Below, piece after piece: positions 1 to 13,860 of a stretch of 64,000 nucleotides of DNA. Each line of letters opens with the position of its first letter. Within the stretch, counting starts at the first letter, position 1. The stretch is taken from positions 89,590,001-89,654,000 of the forward strand of contig JAGIQG010000009.1 of assembly GCA_024679065.1 (NCBI GenBank), given 5' to 3'. The notes below the pieces were generated by a model that saw only the letters and a program-made list of their open reading frames with translations, searched no databases and was not told the DNA's origin. Position numbers and translations under genes: made by a program. Source of the stretch: Sphyrna mokarran (Eukaryota).

Positions 1-1780
1 AAAAAGTCTCACAACTTCTTACTGATTATAGAAGACAGAGGGTAGTGATGGAAGGGTGTGTTTCTGAATGGAAGTCTGTAACTTGTGGTGCTCTGCAGAG
101 ATCATTGCTGGGCCCTCTGCTGTTTGTAATATATACAAGTGGCTTGGAAGAAAATGTAGCTGGTTTGATTAGCAAGTTTGCGGATGATACTAAGATTGGT
201 GAAGTAGCAGATAGTGATGAAGATTGTCAGAGAATACAGCAGAATATAGATAAACTGGAAAATTGGGTGGCAAAATGGCAGATAGAATTTAATCCGGACA
301 AATGTGAGATGATGCATTTTGGTAGATTCAATTCAGATAGAACATAGAACATTACAGCACAGAACAGGCCCTTCGGCCTTCGATGTTGTGCCGACCAATA
401 TAAAAAGCAATGACCCTCCAAACTAAACCATTCCCTTCTCTTCCATATACTTATCAACTAACCTCTTAAACACCACCAAACTTGGCGCATCTACAACTGC
501 CGCAGGCAGGGCATTCCACTCCCTAACCACCCTCTGGGTAAAGAACCTACCTCTGATATCCGTCCTATAACTATCACCCCTTAATTTAAAGCTGTGTCCC
601 CTCGTGCTAGCTTTCTCCATCCTAGGAAAAAGGCTATCACTGTCCACCCTATCTAAACCTCTAATCATCTTATATGTTTCGATTAGGTCCCCTCTTAGCC
701 GCCTCCTTTCTAACGAAAACAACCTCAAATCCCTCAGCCTCTCTTCATAAGACCTGCCCTCCATACCAGGCAACATCCTGGTAAACCTCCTCTGTACCCT
801 CTCCAATGCCTCCACATCTTTCTTATAATGTGGGGACCAGAACTGCACACAATACTCCAAGTGCGGCCGCACTAGAGTTTTGTACAGTTGCAACATGACG
901 TTGCGGCTCCGAAATTCAATCCCCCTACCAATAAAAGCTAAGACTCCATATGCCTTCTTAACAACCTTATCGACTTGACTGCCTACTTTCAGGGATCTAT
1001 GCACATATACACCAAGATCCCTCTGTTCATCAACACTATTAAGAATCCTACCATTAGCCCTATACTCTACACATTTATTATTCCTGCCAAAGTGCATTAC
1101 CTCACACTTTTCCACATTAAACTCCATTTGCCACCTCTCGGCCCAGCTCTGCAACTTGTCCAAGTCTCTCTGCAAACTATAACACCCCTCTTCACTATCT
1201 ACCACTCCACCGACTTTAGTGTCATCTGCAAATTTACTAATCCATCCTTCAATACCCTCATCCAGATCATTTATAAAAATTACAAACAGCAGGGGCCCCA
1301 AAACAGACCCCTGAGGTACACCACTTGTCACCGAACTCCACGATGAATATCTCCCATCAACCACCACCCTCTGTCTTCTATCTGCTAGCCAATTCCTAAC
1401 CCAATTAGCTAAATCACCCTCTATCCCATACATCTGCATTTTCTGCAGAAGTCTTCCATGGGCCACCTTATCAAACGCCTTACTAAAGTCCATATATACC
1501 ACATCAACCGCCTTACCCCCATCCACCTCTTTAGTCACTTTTTCAAAAAAAAAAGATGGGAGCTATAAATTAAATGGGAGCCATAAAATCAGTATGGACA
1601 CAGATTTCTGGGAAGAGTACAACTCCACAGATCTTAAAAGTGGCAGCACAGGTGGAAAAGGTGGTGAAGAAAGCATACGGCATGCCTGCCTTCATTGGAT
1701 GGGGCAGAAAGTATAAAAGTTGGCAAATTATATTACAGTTGTATAAAACATTGATTCAGCCACATTTGGAATACTAGTTA
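1..1780 (+). mobile_element. Old CR1-type LINE ORF2 (RT) fragment, interrupted by a younger CR1 at 339-1553
   Basis: ORFs 45-347 ([29 protein letters not shown]) and 1574-1777 (VVKKAYGM..LYKTLIQPHLEY) are collinear CR1 RT segments; AGAT is duplicated at 335-338 and 1554-1557 around the nested insert. Confidence 0.85.
339..1553 (-). mobile_element. Young 5'-truncated CR1 LINE with uninterrupted 371-aa RT C-terminal ORF (423-1538)
   Basis: [29 protein letters not shown] and LERVQRRFTRM motifs; 3' tail of (GTTCTAT)n repeats read as agaacat on the + strand. Confidence 0.95.
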
Positions 1781-2580
1781 GGAGAGTGGGCCAAAATGTG
1801 GCAATGGAGTTTAATGTGGATAAGTGAGAGGTCATGCATTTTGATTACAAAAATGGGAAGGCGACTTTTTACCTAAATAGGGAGAGACTGAGAGGTGTTC
1901 TTGTGCAGAGGGATCTGGATGTCCTCATTCATGAGGCATACATAACTGGTATGCAGGTACAGTAGATAATAAAGAAAGAGAATGGAATGTTGGCATTTAT
2001 AGCTAAAGGATTAGAACATAAAGGTAAGGAAGTATCACTTCAACGATACAAGGTTATACCTGGAGAATTCTGCATATTTTGGTCCCTGTTTTTGAAGAAA
2101 GATGTGGTGGCATTGGAGGCTGTTCAGAAGAGGTCCACTAGATTCATTCCAGAGTTGAGGTGTTTGTTGTATGAAGAGAGATTGAACAGTTTAGACCAAT
2201 ACTCTCTGGAGTTTAGATGAGGGGAGATCAAATTGAGGTATTCAACATGATAAAAAGTATGGATAAAGTAGATGTGGAGTTGATGCTTCCACTGGTGAGG
2301 TGTTCTAGGACAAAGAACAAAGAGAATAAACAAAACTGCAGCACAGGAAAAGGCTCTTCAGCCCTCCAAGCATGTACTGACTTCTGGTCATAGTTGAAAG
2401 AGGTCATGGTCTTAGGATAAGGGACAGCAAATTTAAAACAGGATTGAGGAAAAACTACTTCTATCAAAGGATTGTGAATTGGTAGAATTCATTACCTCAA
2501 AATGTTAATTTGAGCTGTTAGATTTTTAATTGGTAATGGGCTGAAGGATTATGGGGAGAAGGCAGGAAAATGAAATTAAA
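1781..2580 (+). mobile_element. Degenerate CR1 LINE 3' fragment
   Basis: ORF 1987-2220 (MLAFIAKGLEHKGKEV..ALEAVQKRSTRFIPEL..YEERL) with stops and frameshifts. Confidence 0.75.
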
Positions 2581-3189
2581 CAAAGAACAATACAGCACAG
2601 GAAACAGGCCCTTCGGCCCAATGAACACACGCTGCTATTTTAACATTGTGCGTGCCCCCCTCTACCTATGACCTTTGTCTATGGCTATTGGGGAAGATTG
2701 AGGGAAGACTAATTTAGGAACAATTTGTTACACCAATCAGCCTAAGACCACGTTTTTGGGATGTGGGAGGAAACTGGAGCACCTGGAGAAAACCCACACA
2801 ATCACAGGGAGAATGTGCAAACTCCCACAGACACAGGCCCAAATCCATGTATCTGCACAGCAAACAGTTATTGTCACTGAGCTGTCATGTTGCCCATCAG
2901 TTGGTCCAGTTTAAGCGACACTAATGACGTGAAGCACTAGGCAACACTCGAAGCAATATCCAAGAGCAGCCCTTGCAATGACCCACTGTGTGTAATCCCC
3001 TCTGGGTCAACAAGGTGGACCGAATCACCAGTAAAATAAAAGAAAGTAATAAACATGCACAACTTAGACAGACATTTATGGAATCCCCAGAAGCACAGAA
3101 ATAAAACAAGTAAAACAAGGTTGAGGAGCGTATCAGCCATGATTGAGTGGCCTAATTCTGCTCCTATATCTTACGAACTTATGATCACA

Positions 3190-3640
3190 AGAAGGGTGTG
3201 GAAGCTTTGGGGAGACTGCAAAAAAGATTCATCAGGTCATTGCCTGGTATGTAGGGTGTTAGCTATAATGAGAGATTGAATAAACTGGGATTGTTCTTCC
3301 TAGAATGACAGAGGCTGAGGAGCAACTTGATAGAAGTTTATGAGAGATATAGATAGGATAAACAGTTGGAAGCTTTTTCCCTTGACAGAAATGACAATTA
3401 CAAGGGAGAGAAATATTCAGTGGAAATGTATGGGGAAAGTTTTTTTTTTCCACAGAGAGTGGTGGGGGCCTGGAATGCATTGCCGAATGAGACAGTTACA
3501 TTAGCCACATTTAAGACGTATATTAATAGGTATATAAACAAACGGAATACAGTGATGTGTGTGGTCGGTTTAGATAGGTACATGTAATCGGCGCAGACCT
3601 GGAGCACTGAAGGGCGCCTGTTCCTGTGTTGTACTGTTCT
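3190..3640 (+). mobile_element. Degenerate CR1 3' end
   Basis: FFPQRVVGAWNALP motif (ORF 3366-3587) followed by a CR1-type 3' UTR. Confidence 0.7.
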
Positions 3641-4549
3641 TTGTACAACAAAGAACAAAGAACAAAACAATACAGGAAACAGGCCCTTCGGCCCAATGAG
3701 CCTGTGCCGCCACTCCAATATTCCCACCTCTACCCGGTTTCGGAAATCTCTTTGCTGGCTGTAAAGTGCTTTCAGAGTTTGTGCACGTTGACATAAAAAT
3801 ACAAATTTTTCTATTCTCACTGTGAACGGGAAATTTTAAAACATTGATGGAAAGTATACTAGCCCACACTGACATTAACCAATATATCGTGCACAAGATT
3901 CTTACTATAGGTTTCTGAGCATTTCAGTGAATAGGAAAACATCATATTGACAAATTTAGTTTTGTTTCAGCTTAAAAACATGAATTTATTGAGAGTTACA
4001 AATTTATGCAGAAGTTTGATAAAACAGCAGACAAACAGGATATTCAGCTTACATCAAACTTTGAATTAACAAAAATAACAAAGCATTTGAAAATGATATA
4101 TCATTTTTCCAGGAACATGAAATGGTTTTTTTAAAAAAATATTTTGTAGGATGTGGGCATCACTGGCTAGGCCAGCATTTGTTGTCCATTCCGAACTGCC
4201 CTTGAAGTAATGTGGTCCTGGAGTCACATGTAGGCCAGAACACGTAAGGACACCAGATTTCCTTTCCTAAACAACATTAGTGAATTGTTGGAGTTCTATT
4301 TCAACAATGATTTTATGGTCATCATTAGACTTTCAATTCCAATTTATCGAATTCAAGTTCCACCATTTGGAGTCCCTGAGTTGAATTTCCTGATTCGCTT
4401 CGAAGAGTAAGTGACAGAGCTCTCAGAAGGCAGCTGAGAGAGCTGTGACCGACAGTCATGAGTGCGGATCTACAAAACCTTCATCCATGTGACCTTTCTC
4501 AAGTAAGTTGCAAACTACCTGTATAATTATCCCTCTCTTCAACTGAATA

Positions 4550-5050
4550 ATTTGAGGAAGGACGTGATGGCATTGGAGGTAATTCACAGGAGGTTCACCA
4601 GATTGACACCAGGGATGAAGGGGTTGGCGTATGAAGAGAGGGCTTATACTCACTGGAGTTCAAAAGTATGAGAGAAGATCTAATCGAGATATGTAAAATT
4701 CTAAAAGGGATTGACAGAGTAAACATAGACCAAATGTTTCCTCTCATGCGGCAATCTGAACAAGAGGTCACAAGTATAGGTTGAGAAGTGGTAGATTTAA
4801 AACTGAAACGAGGAGGAACTACTTCTTGCAGACAGTGGTGAATTTGTGGAACTCACTGCCCCATAGCATGGTGGAGTCAAAATCATTAAATAATTTCAAA
4901 AAGGAGACAGATATATTTCTGATTAAAAAATGTTTAATGGGGTATGTGGAACAGGTGGGAAGGTGGATTTGGGACCAGGGAGAAATCAGCCATGATCTGA
5001 TTGAATTGTGGAGCAGGTGTGAAGGGCTGATGAATTTGCCTACTTCGGAA
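4550..5050 (+). mobile_element. Degenerate CR1 3' fragment
   Basis: RNYFLQTVVNLWNSLP motif (ORF 4781-5053). Confidence 0.7.
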
Positions 5051-5899
5051 TAAATCACCACCACCATCAAACAGGAGAGCAGCTTACTGGTCATCTGGGA
5101 CTATGATGACTTTACCTTAACTTTCATTCAGCAATGTGCACCAAACTCTGAACTAATTGAAATAACAAAGATTTTGAGAATGTCTCAAGATCTTTCCCAG
5201 AACCTGAAATGAATCTTGGAGAGGAATGATGAATATATCATACTGTTAAGACACTGTGCCAAGAGGGAACTCAGATCTGTAGAGACTAACCCCCACTCAA
5301 GATAGTAGTCCTCCCAGACAGGAGAGTACAAATATTAAATATGTATTATTCAAACACTCATCACCTGAAGAGGATCTGTCTGTAATTCACATCACCAACT
5401 AAAACAGATTCCAATTCTACCCCATGTCCACTCCTGACAGCTGGCTCATTTTACTCTCTCTCACACACACACACTAACAGGGGAAAGTCTCTCAAAATAC
5501 TACAGACAGAGGTTTCTTTAAAATCTCCATGCTTTAATCTGGCTCCAAATTCCGATGGTCAGAAATGACACCAAACCTAAGTGACACAGGATGGAACTCG
5601 TTTCCATCATACAAACCCACTAATGTTTACAGAGATCCAGTGGCCGCATAGAAAATCAATGGGTGATTCAATTGAGGTGTCTAAACTGATTAAAAGAGTT
5701 AATAGAATAGTTGGAGAGAAACTATTCCTCTGGTGGGAGAGTCCAGAACAAGGGAGACAGAGTATTAAAATTAGAGCAAGGCTGTTCAGGGATGATGTCA
5801 GCAAACACTTCTTCACAAAAAGGGGACTGGAAATTGGAACTCTCTCCCCATAAAAAACCTGTTGAGACTGGGGGTTAATTTAAAATTTCAAAACTGGTT

Positions 5900-6710
5900 A
5901 ATAGATCAAGAAATGACTCCAGTTTCTACTTTCATAAAATTCCTCTTGATTTCCCTCTTCACTCTCATCTCCAAAAAAAATTGGTCAGTGTCATCCTCTT
6001 CAAACACCAGCTGAGCTTCCAACCCCATACCCCTTCTGTCACAGAGATCACCTACATTCACCTCTGTATTGTCGTTCATTTCCAACACCGCCACCCATTC
6101 CCGCATTAGTCCATCTGCATTGAAATCCTCATCCATGCTGTTGCTCCTTCTAGACTAGACTGGACCATTCCAATGTTCTCCTGTCCAGCTTCCCATCTTC
6201 CACCCTCCAGAAACTTCAGATCAGCTTAAAAAAACTCTGCAGTCTTTATTCTAACTCTCACATATTTCACCCCTCTGCTCACTTGACTCACATTGCTTCC
6301 TTATTCCCCAGCACCTCCAATTTAAAATTCTCATGCTCCAGTACCAATTGCTGCATGGTCTCACCTCCTCGCTATCTCCGTCATCTCTAATCCCCATCTC
6401 CCTCTAAGATCTCTGCCCTCCTCCAATTTTGACCTTCAGTACATCCCTCACTTCCTTCACTTTACCATTGACAGCTGTGTCTTCAGCCATCCAGGCTCCA
6501 CGTTCATGAATTCCCTCCTTAAATTGCACTGCACCTTTATCTCTCTCACTGCCTTAAATCCCACTTATTTGACCATATTTTATGATCATTCCACCTAAGA
6601 TCTCCTTCTTTGTTCATGGTTAATTTTAATCTGGTTCTGTCTCTACACAACAATTTAGGATATTTGACCATATTAAAGCGCTCAATAAATACAAACTGTT
6701 GTCCTCTCAC
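5900..6710 (+). mobile_element. Ancient L2-like LINE 3' remnant
   Basis: C/T-rich degenerate sequence resembling L2 ORF2 C-terminus and 3' UTR (tctagactagac..caatgttctcc..; attaaagcgctcaataaatacaaactgttgt). Confidence 0.5.
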
Positions 6711-7693
6711 ATTCCTTCAATCCTCAAGATACTGACCTGGAGTACAGACTGTGCACATTGATTGGTCTCTGTTCAAGTGGCCATTCAACATGTGTAGACC
6801 CAGACAGTGAACACTGTGAGACAATGGACACTGTCACAGCCGAGACCCATCTATCCTTCCCCTTGACTTCCCGGCTGTGCTCGCTGGTGAGCAACAGGAG
6901 TCCTGGCTCATTCTCCTCCCTCCGTAGACCAGAGATGCTGAGGGTAATTGAAGTCTCTCCATTATTACCCCAAGAATAGCTCCTCTCGAGTGCTCGTACC
7001 AATAGATCAGGAACTGAAGCCTTTCTAACCACTGAATATCTGATTATCTTCTTGGTCAGAGTGGCAGTGAGTGACTTGTACCTGATACTGCACTGAAAGG
7101 GTGCTGAGTTTATAAAGGAGCTTCTATACATATTGATGTCTTCTATTGATGATGGTTGGAGATCTGACCGAAGATTAAGTTAGCCTTCTTGAAACAATGG
7201 AAGTGATGGCAGGAGAGGTTGGAGACAAACACTACTAAGACAGACAGTATTTAAAAGGACAGCTCCCTCGTGTGAGCACTGGAGGATAAACAACACAGAC
7301 AACTCTCAGTGTAAGGGAAGCTGGTGAGCCAGCTCCAAGTCTACGTGAAGATGTCAGTGTTTGGTGAGAGGAGGAGCAGGAGGTGGTGAAACAATCCTGA
7401 CATGTCATACTGGAAGGATTTGTCTTCACTGTGGATTCACTGATGATCTAAGAGTTTCAACGGTTGCATGAAGGTTTGAGGTTAGAATTCACACTGCTGT
7501 GTACATGTTGACGGACCAAGCAATATGCTGACCATGAAAGCCTCACCACACATCTCATTTTTGAATGGCTTTTCCCCAACGTGGTCCACTGATACTTTAT
7601 GCATTGGGAGGACCGGACCGGACTGTTAAACATTGGACCTGAATAATTTCTCTGCTGTCTGAATCATCTGGTGACCCAGGCAGTTCTAAAACT

Positions 7694-8827
7694 TCAAAAG
7701 AAACTGCTTTGTAGATCTCCCTCTTCGTCTCTTGTGTGGATCTCCTGTAGATTTGATGAGTTAATAAAGTCTATGTCACATGTCTTATTCTTGAATGGTC
7801 TCTCTCCCGTGTGAAAACGTTGATGGCCACGGAGATTCGACGAGTCCGAGAATGATTTGTCACACAGGTCGCACTTAAATGGTTTCTCCCCTGTGTGAAT
7901 ACGGTGATGTACACGAAGGCTTGATGAGTGTGAGAATGATCTGTCACACAGGTCGCAATTGAATGGCTTCTCCCCTGTGTGAATGCGGTAATGTACACGA
8001 AGGGATGATGACCGTAAAAACGATTTATCGCACACCTCACACCTGAATGGCTTCTCTCCAGTGTGAATGCATTGGTGTTGCATAAGTGTTGAGGACAGCT
8101 TGAATGCTTTGTTGCACACCTCACACTTGAAAGGCTTCCCCCCTGTGTGGACTGCTTGATGGCGTAGCAGGCTTGATGACACTGTGAAGGCTTTAGCACA
8201 CACCTCACACGTGAACAGCTTCTCCCCTGTGTGAATCTGTTGATGTGAATGGAGGATTGATGAGCGTGAGAATGATTTCTCACATACCTCGCAGGTGAAT
8301 GGTTTCTCTCCTGTGTGAATGCCTTGATGTCTGCGGAGTGTCCATGACTCAGAGAATGACTTGTCACACACCTCACAAGTGAATGGCTTCTCCCCTGTGT
8401 GAATTCTCTGGTGCTTGATGAGATAAGCGGAACGGGTAAAAGCCTTATCACAAATCTCACACTGGAATGGTCTCGCTCCTATGTGAAAACATAAGTGCCC
8501 GCAGAGGTTTGAGGAGTCTGAGAATGATTTGTCACACAGGTCACACCTGAATGGCTTCAGCCCTGTGTGTACGTGTTGTTGTTGCATGAGCGCTGATGAT
8601 TGTGTGGACTCTTCAACAGCATGGGAGGTTCGATGGCACTGTGATGGTTTCAGAACACACCTCACCGCCAAACTTTCAGAAAGATTGTTCCTGATAAAAG
8701 ATTGCACACCACTGACCAGTTTCAGATCGGATGATGTGTCAAAGCTCACCTGATCCAACTGATATGCAGATGATGATTTCACTGTCCCACCTTCTCTGTG
8801 TTGACCGATGCTGTGAAGGGACTGCAT
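7694..8827 (-). CDS. C2H2 zinc-finger protein (ZNF-A), 377 aa, 9 complete fingers, no KRAB/SCAN/BTB seen
   Basis: Open ORF with nine CxxC-x12-HxxxH units and TGEKPF linkers; an in-frame TAA lies a few codons upstream of the ATG at 8827; splice acceptor (ttttcctgttttacag) ends at 8920, so the CDS lies in one exon. Confidence 0.85.
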   Translation of the reverse strand: MQSLHSIGQHREGGTVKSSSAYQLDQVSFDTSSDLKLVSGVQSFIRNNLSESLAVRCVLKPSQCHRTSHAVEESTQSSALMQQQHVHTGLKPFRCDLCDKSFSDSSNLCGHLCFHIGARPFQCEICDKAFTRSAYLIKHQRIHTGEKPFTCEVCDKSFSESWTLRRHQGIHTGEKPFTCEVCEKSFSRSSILHSHQQIHTGEKLFTCEVCAKAFTVSSSLLRHQAVHTGGKPFKCEVCNKAFKLSSTLMQHQCIHTGEKPFRCEVCDKSFLRSSSLRVHYRIHTGEKPFNCDLCDRSFSHSSSLRVHHRIHTGEKPFKCDLCDKSFSDSSNLRGHQRFHTGERPFKNKTCDIDFINSSNLQEIHTRDEEGDLQSSFF

Positions 8828-9682
8828 GTCTTCCCACAGTTATACTTGGGGCGATGGTCAGGATCTGTCTGTGGTGTTTATCCTCTCTGTATTCTCCTGT
8901 GTAGTATGGTGCAATACTTCTGTAAAACAGGAAAAGGAAACATGATTTCCTCCGATTCCCTCTCCTCCTTCGATGAAGGTGCTGACTCCTCAGTTGGAGG
9001 CTGTTCCACAGTGAGTGTCAATCCGCTATTTCCTCGTGTTGAGGATCAGATGCAACTTCCTCACTGGCACACGCCCTCTGTTTACAGTAGGGACACTGGA
9101 TAGTGACCAGGCACAGACAACATGGCTACTTTCCTTCCTTCACCCTAGTCCCACATTTTCCCAGGCAATGGAAAAGACAATCAAGTTGAGTGTAAAACAG
9201 GCAATTGATTCATTATGAGTTTGTGTCATGCTGCTGGAGACCAATTTTATATTTAGAGAATGTGTTTAACATAAAAAACTAATGAGCAAAGTTGATTAAT
9301 AGATATTTCAAAATATTTCTGCTTGAGTTCCCAAATTATTTTAGAAACCACACTGAACAGGAAGTAAGGAAAATATTGTTTCAGTGTAGCTAATTGAAGA
9401 GTTCTGGTTTATCCTGGGAAATTAGATACCTGGCACTCACTCAGGCTGCATATCCCAAATTCAGACACAGCATTGGGTAAAACTATCAAATCCAAACCCA
9501 GGCTTTTGGGAAAGGCCGAAACTTCAGGTAAATTCTTTAAAGAAGGCATTAAAAGACATTTCAATAAACGTATCTCTGCTCTTCCCATCTAATTACACCT
9601 CACTTTTTCATATTCAGAAATGACCATCAACAAAACTCAACCTATTAGTCAAAGTTATTATAAATTCTGCTCCTTCACTCAC

Positions 9683-9800
9683 CATCTCCTCACTTGGTTT
9701 TCAGTCCCTACAGGAAGTGAAGCAGCTGTGAAAGAGGAAGAGGAGGGAATGGGCAGAGTGGGTGGGCTCTCTGATTGACGTCTCTCACAGCAAATCCTAA
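9683..9800 (-). promoter_or_regulatory. Probable promoter / non-coding first exon of ZNF-A
   Basis: GTGAGT donor at 9682-9677; TGACGTC, CAATCAG and CACCC motifs upstream; paralogous block with the same donor at 24345-24460 upstream of ZNF-C. Confidence 0.5.
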
Positions 9801-11589
9801 TATTTCTGGACTAACAGGAGTTTCCGGAAGCTTGGGAAACTGACCGGTGAAACAGAGGCGACTTTGAGCAGCAGATCAGATGGGGATTTAAACTTGTCAT
9901 TGTCCCATCTGAATAAAACCCCTCTTATTGCAGCTGCTGTGTATACATCAATGTATTCACACAGGGGAGAAACCATACACTTGTGGGCTGAAGGGCCTGT
10001 TTGTGCTGTAGTGTTCTATGTTCTAGTAAATCATGAGGCTCTGTGGATTTGCTCCAGTGATTTGGATGTCCAAGAAACTTCATCATAATCCTGCAATTGC
10101 TTCATGATGATTTGACTGTAACTGTCTTTGAGTGGGAAATCTGAAACAGAAATCTTCAAAATTTGGACTGATGTCAAGCAAGGCTGTGTGACAGCCTGTA
10201 AGGGGATTTTCCTGGGGAGATTCCCTCTGTTGCCATATATTGAATTGAACTGAGTTAATATAAAGCCTTGCAAGAGACAGTATGCAGTTAAAGATGCTCT
10301 TTATTTGACCAATACGCATTGGGAGAGACAGCCGGAAGATTCAAACTTCTGTCTGACATTACGTTATGTGAAAGACAGATATATCTTTTCAAAGGTTTGT
10401 TTCTCCCACCCAAACTGTTATCCAAAGTGGATGATCCAATTACATTAATAATGGTCTGGACACAGGAATTTAGGATAGTGACTTTTTAATCCCACTGTTC
10501 AAGAATTGAGTTGGATTTGTGAAGGTTTCCCTGATTAACCATGAGCTGCACTTGGAATTCCTCTCTTAGTCGGGCTGCTTTAGGCCTGAGAATTATGAAT
10601 TCATTAGTCAATGGGACCAGGAAGTTCTCCCCGCCCCTTGCCTAGCAACCTTACACAAATCTGGTAAATTCAAGGACTGCCCCTCACCACCTGCAAACCA
10701 TGGGAACAGAGAGAGTCGTTTTACTTTGCCTGCTAGCTATTCCTTATAGTAAAAGCTATATATGTCAATCCACTGCCACCACAAGCTAAATGCTTCTAAT
10801 CATTTTAAAACAATGGCAGCTTGCAGATCTAGAGTCTCTTACTGATAAAAATGAAAATATTCTATACCTTATTTCCAAGGAATGTGATCTGTCCACTTCT
10901 ATTTGTTTCCCATTATGCTTTGGGGTAGGCTGCATCTTGGACAAAGCTTACAAGACATTTAAAATCTACAATACTTATTCAAAATTCTCTACCAAAAAAT
11001 GTCTATGTAGACAATACCATCACATAATATATATGAGGTGCTTCGTGATTACTTCTTGTGAATACAAGGCACACCATGACCCCTATTCTAAACTGTCTAC
11101 TTTGTTTTAATAGCCTTCAAAACCCCCATCTACATCACCCCCATTCTATTTATAATCTACCTGACAGTGACTATTCACCTAATCAAAGATCAGCTTCCCA
11201 CTGGTGACAGTATTAAATACTGTCTTTTTGGGAAGCTCATTTACTTCAGTCACCTCAATGCCAGAACTAAACTGATTGCCATAGTTAGACATGATCTACA
11301 GTTTGTAAATGGCTGCACTGCCATTGCCTGCTCTGCGACAGATTTCAAATATCTCTCCATCTCTTCAATGATGGAAACAAGCTTCATTCTGTGCACCTAA
11401 GGATTGGTATCATTTCTGACCATCAGAATTGGAAGTCAAACCAAAGCACAGGGATTTTAAACAAACTTTTGTCTGTAGTATTCTGAGAGAGTTTCCCCTG
11501 ATCTGAGTGTGTTATTAAAGTGAACCAGCTTTCAGTAGGTGTAGAATCAAACCCTGCTTTAATTGGTGATATGAATTAATAAACATATT

Positions 11590-12365
11590 CTTTCCAGGTG
11601 ATAGGTGTTTGACTGATACCATGGGTAATGTTTATACTCTCCTGTCTGGGAGGACTACTATCCTGAGTATAATAAAGGGGTAGGGGTTAGTCTCTACAGA
11701 TCTGAGTTCCCTCAGCCCATCATGACATTGTTTTAACAGTTTATGTTCACCTTACACTCTTCCACGATTCATTTCATGTTCTGGGAAAGATCTTGAGACA
11801 CTTACAATTTCTTTGTTATTTTGATTGATTCAGAGTTTGGTGCAAATTGCTAAATGAAGGTTAAGGTGAAGTCATCATTGTCCGAAATGACCATAAGCTG
11901 CTGTCCTGTTTGAGGATGGTGGTGATTTAACCTGAGGATCAGCACACTTCAGGCAAGGAGCTAGGTTGTGAAAGCGGGCCTTTATAAATAACCACAGTTG
12001 GTATGGGAATTGTTGGCATCACTTCTTATAACTAACTACACTGTTTTGTTGTTTGTTCAGTTGTTTTAAGAACATTCTGTGCAGATTTATAACTCACAAA
12101 TCCAGATGGTTAATTTTTAGTATGTTTATTACTTTGATAAAAACTGAATATTGTGTTCATTTTCAATTATTTTATCAAATTTGTATGCAGATTTATAATT
12201 GACAATAAATTCATTTTTTAAATTTATTCAAAACCATCTGATTTGTGAGCATGGTGTGTTTCTATTCACTGAGACATTCTGGAGTCTACAGTGAAAATCC
12301 TTTCACAATATATTCGTCAAAGTCACTGTATACCTTCTCCATCAATGTATTTATACTTTCCAGTT
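11590..12365 (+). repeat. Inverted paralogous copy of the ZNF 3'-flank module
   Basis: Reverse-complement similarity to 5050-5370 and 3830-4070 (e.g. gattcatttcatgttctgggaaagatcttgagaca); same-strand similarity to 27700-27950 behind ZNF-C. Confidence 0.75.
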
Positions 12366-12370
12366 CACGT

Positions 12371-13177
12371 TGTCAGAATTCAGGTCAGAAACTCAGTTCA
12401 GGTCAGAAACTCACACAATATTTTATGAAGCCAGACTGAATCATAAATTTAGATTTTGAATTTGCTGAGGATAGGCATGATATGTATGATTCAAAATACC
12501 CACTAGAGAGCTTTTATCAAAGAAAGTTTATTTAAGAATATAGTTAACATGTATAATAAGAAAATTAGAACATTATTAATTACAAACAAGAACCAGAACA
12601 ACCTTTAATGTATAACCCTTTACAAATATATCCAATCAAAACCAAAACCTTCCATAGACAAAAATCTTTAAACAAGTTCAACATAGCAAAGATAATGATT
12701 GAGTCCTTTGGTTGAAGACTGCAGTCCTCCGGATTCAGTCAGAACTAATAGAAGTCAAAATAGCTTCTCAGAACCCCAGGGAGAGACTTTCTGGTCAAGC
12801 AACCAACTACAGAATCTTTACTGCAGGAAGGTAAGGCCTTTTTTTCAGATAATCAGCAGAATTTCCAAAACAACAGGAGAGAGGTAAAACATTTCTTTTT
12901 AGTTTGCTGTCTCTTTGAAATTAAAATGTAGCTCAGGACTGAAAATGAAAGATTTTTTGTCAGCTGGCCAGACCCCATGACCTTCCACCTAACAATGCAG
13001 GGCCATAAAACCAATCTTGGATTAAACAAAAACAACCCCATTTAAACTACTGAAATAGTAATAAAAGGACATCTCCAGTCAGCCCGGCAACAATGAGAAG
13101 AACACATTGAAAAAGTTTGTTTATAACTGCAGAGTACGATTTTTTAAAAAATCTCTTAAAGGTTTACTAATGTCACA
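12371..13177. mobile_element. Solo LTR-like element
   Basis: Begins TGTCAG and ends TGTCACA; collinear similarity to 18116-19068 (cccactagagagcttttatcaaa ~ cccactatgaagcttttattaaa; cttaaagg..tgtca end). Confidence 0.55.
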
Positions 13178-13399
13178 ATATGAAGCAGAATTTCTCATTA
13201 ACAAAGATTTGCACTCCAAATCAACTTTGACAAACTCACTGTTTGAAAACACTTTTCAACCAATGAAGTGTGGGAAACATGGTAGTCAATATAGGTACAG
13301 CAAGCTCTCACAAACACCTATGTAATACCAGATATTTATTTGGAGATGTTGATTGCAGGCCCCATATTGTTTAAGTTATCAAGGGTATGTTCATTGCTC

Positions 13400-13860
13400 T
13401 TCTATAATGTGATGATTTTTAACATTCTCCTTGGAAGGCAGATGTGGCCTTGGATTAATTTTATAGAAAGTTGGTGCCGCTGACAGTGCAGCACTCCCTC
13501 AGTACTGCACTGGACCGCCAGTCTCAATGCTCTCGGGCGGAATTCTCCAGCTGTTTATGCTTGCTGATTCTCTGGTCCTGCTGGCAGCACACCCCATTCC
13601 ACGGGTTTTGCAGCGGAATGGGATAATATCAATGTGAGATACCACTGTCAGTGGTAGCACCAGAGAATCCTTTGACCAACAAACCGCACATCTCCTCAAG
13701 CCTCGAGAAACATGCGGCTGGGAGGCTGGGAATTCCCCTGCCTTGTCTCTGCAGTGAAATTTAAACTTCTGATCACAAAACATAGTTGTGGGTTCAAGTC
13801 CAACTCCAGATGGATTATTCCATGAAAATGGATTAAATTTGCTGCCAAAGCCACACAAAT
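13400..13860 (-). mobile_element. Deu-domain SINE remnant with nested MITE-like insert (~13535-13742)
   Basis: gacagtgcagcactccctcagtactgcactgg is the Deu-SINE core; the insert has imperfect terminal inverted repeats gggcggaattctccagc / gctgggaattcccctgcc. Confidence 0.5.

Noticed and set aside
7771-8460. Alternative-frame ORFs over the ZNF arrays (also 19185-19472, 19512-19976, 26336-27046, 27068-27445)
   Set aside because: Shadow frames of repeated finger codons (FTQGRSHS = shifted HTGEKPF)
10631-10652. CCTAGCAAC X-box-like motif (also at ~63392)
   Set aside because: Isolated short match without S/Y-box spacing or an adjacent MHC exon in view
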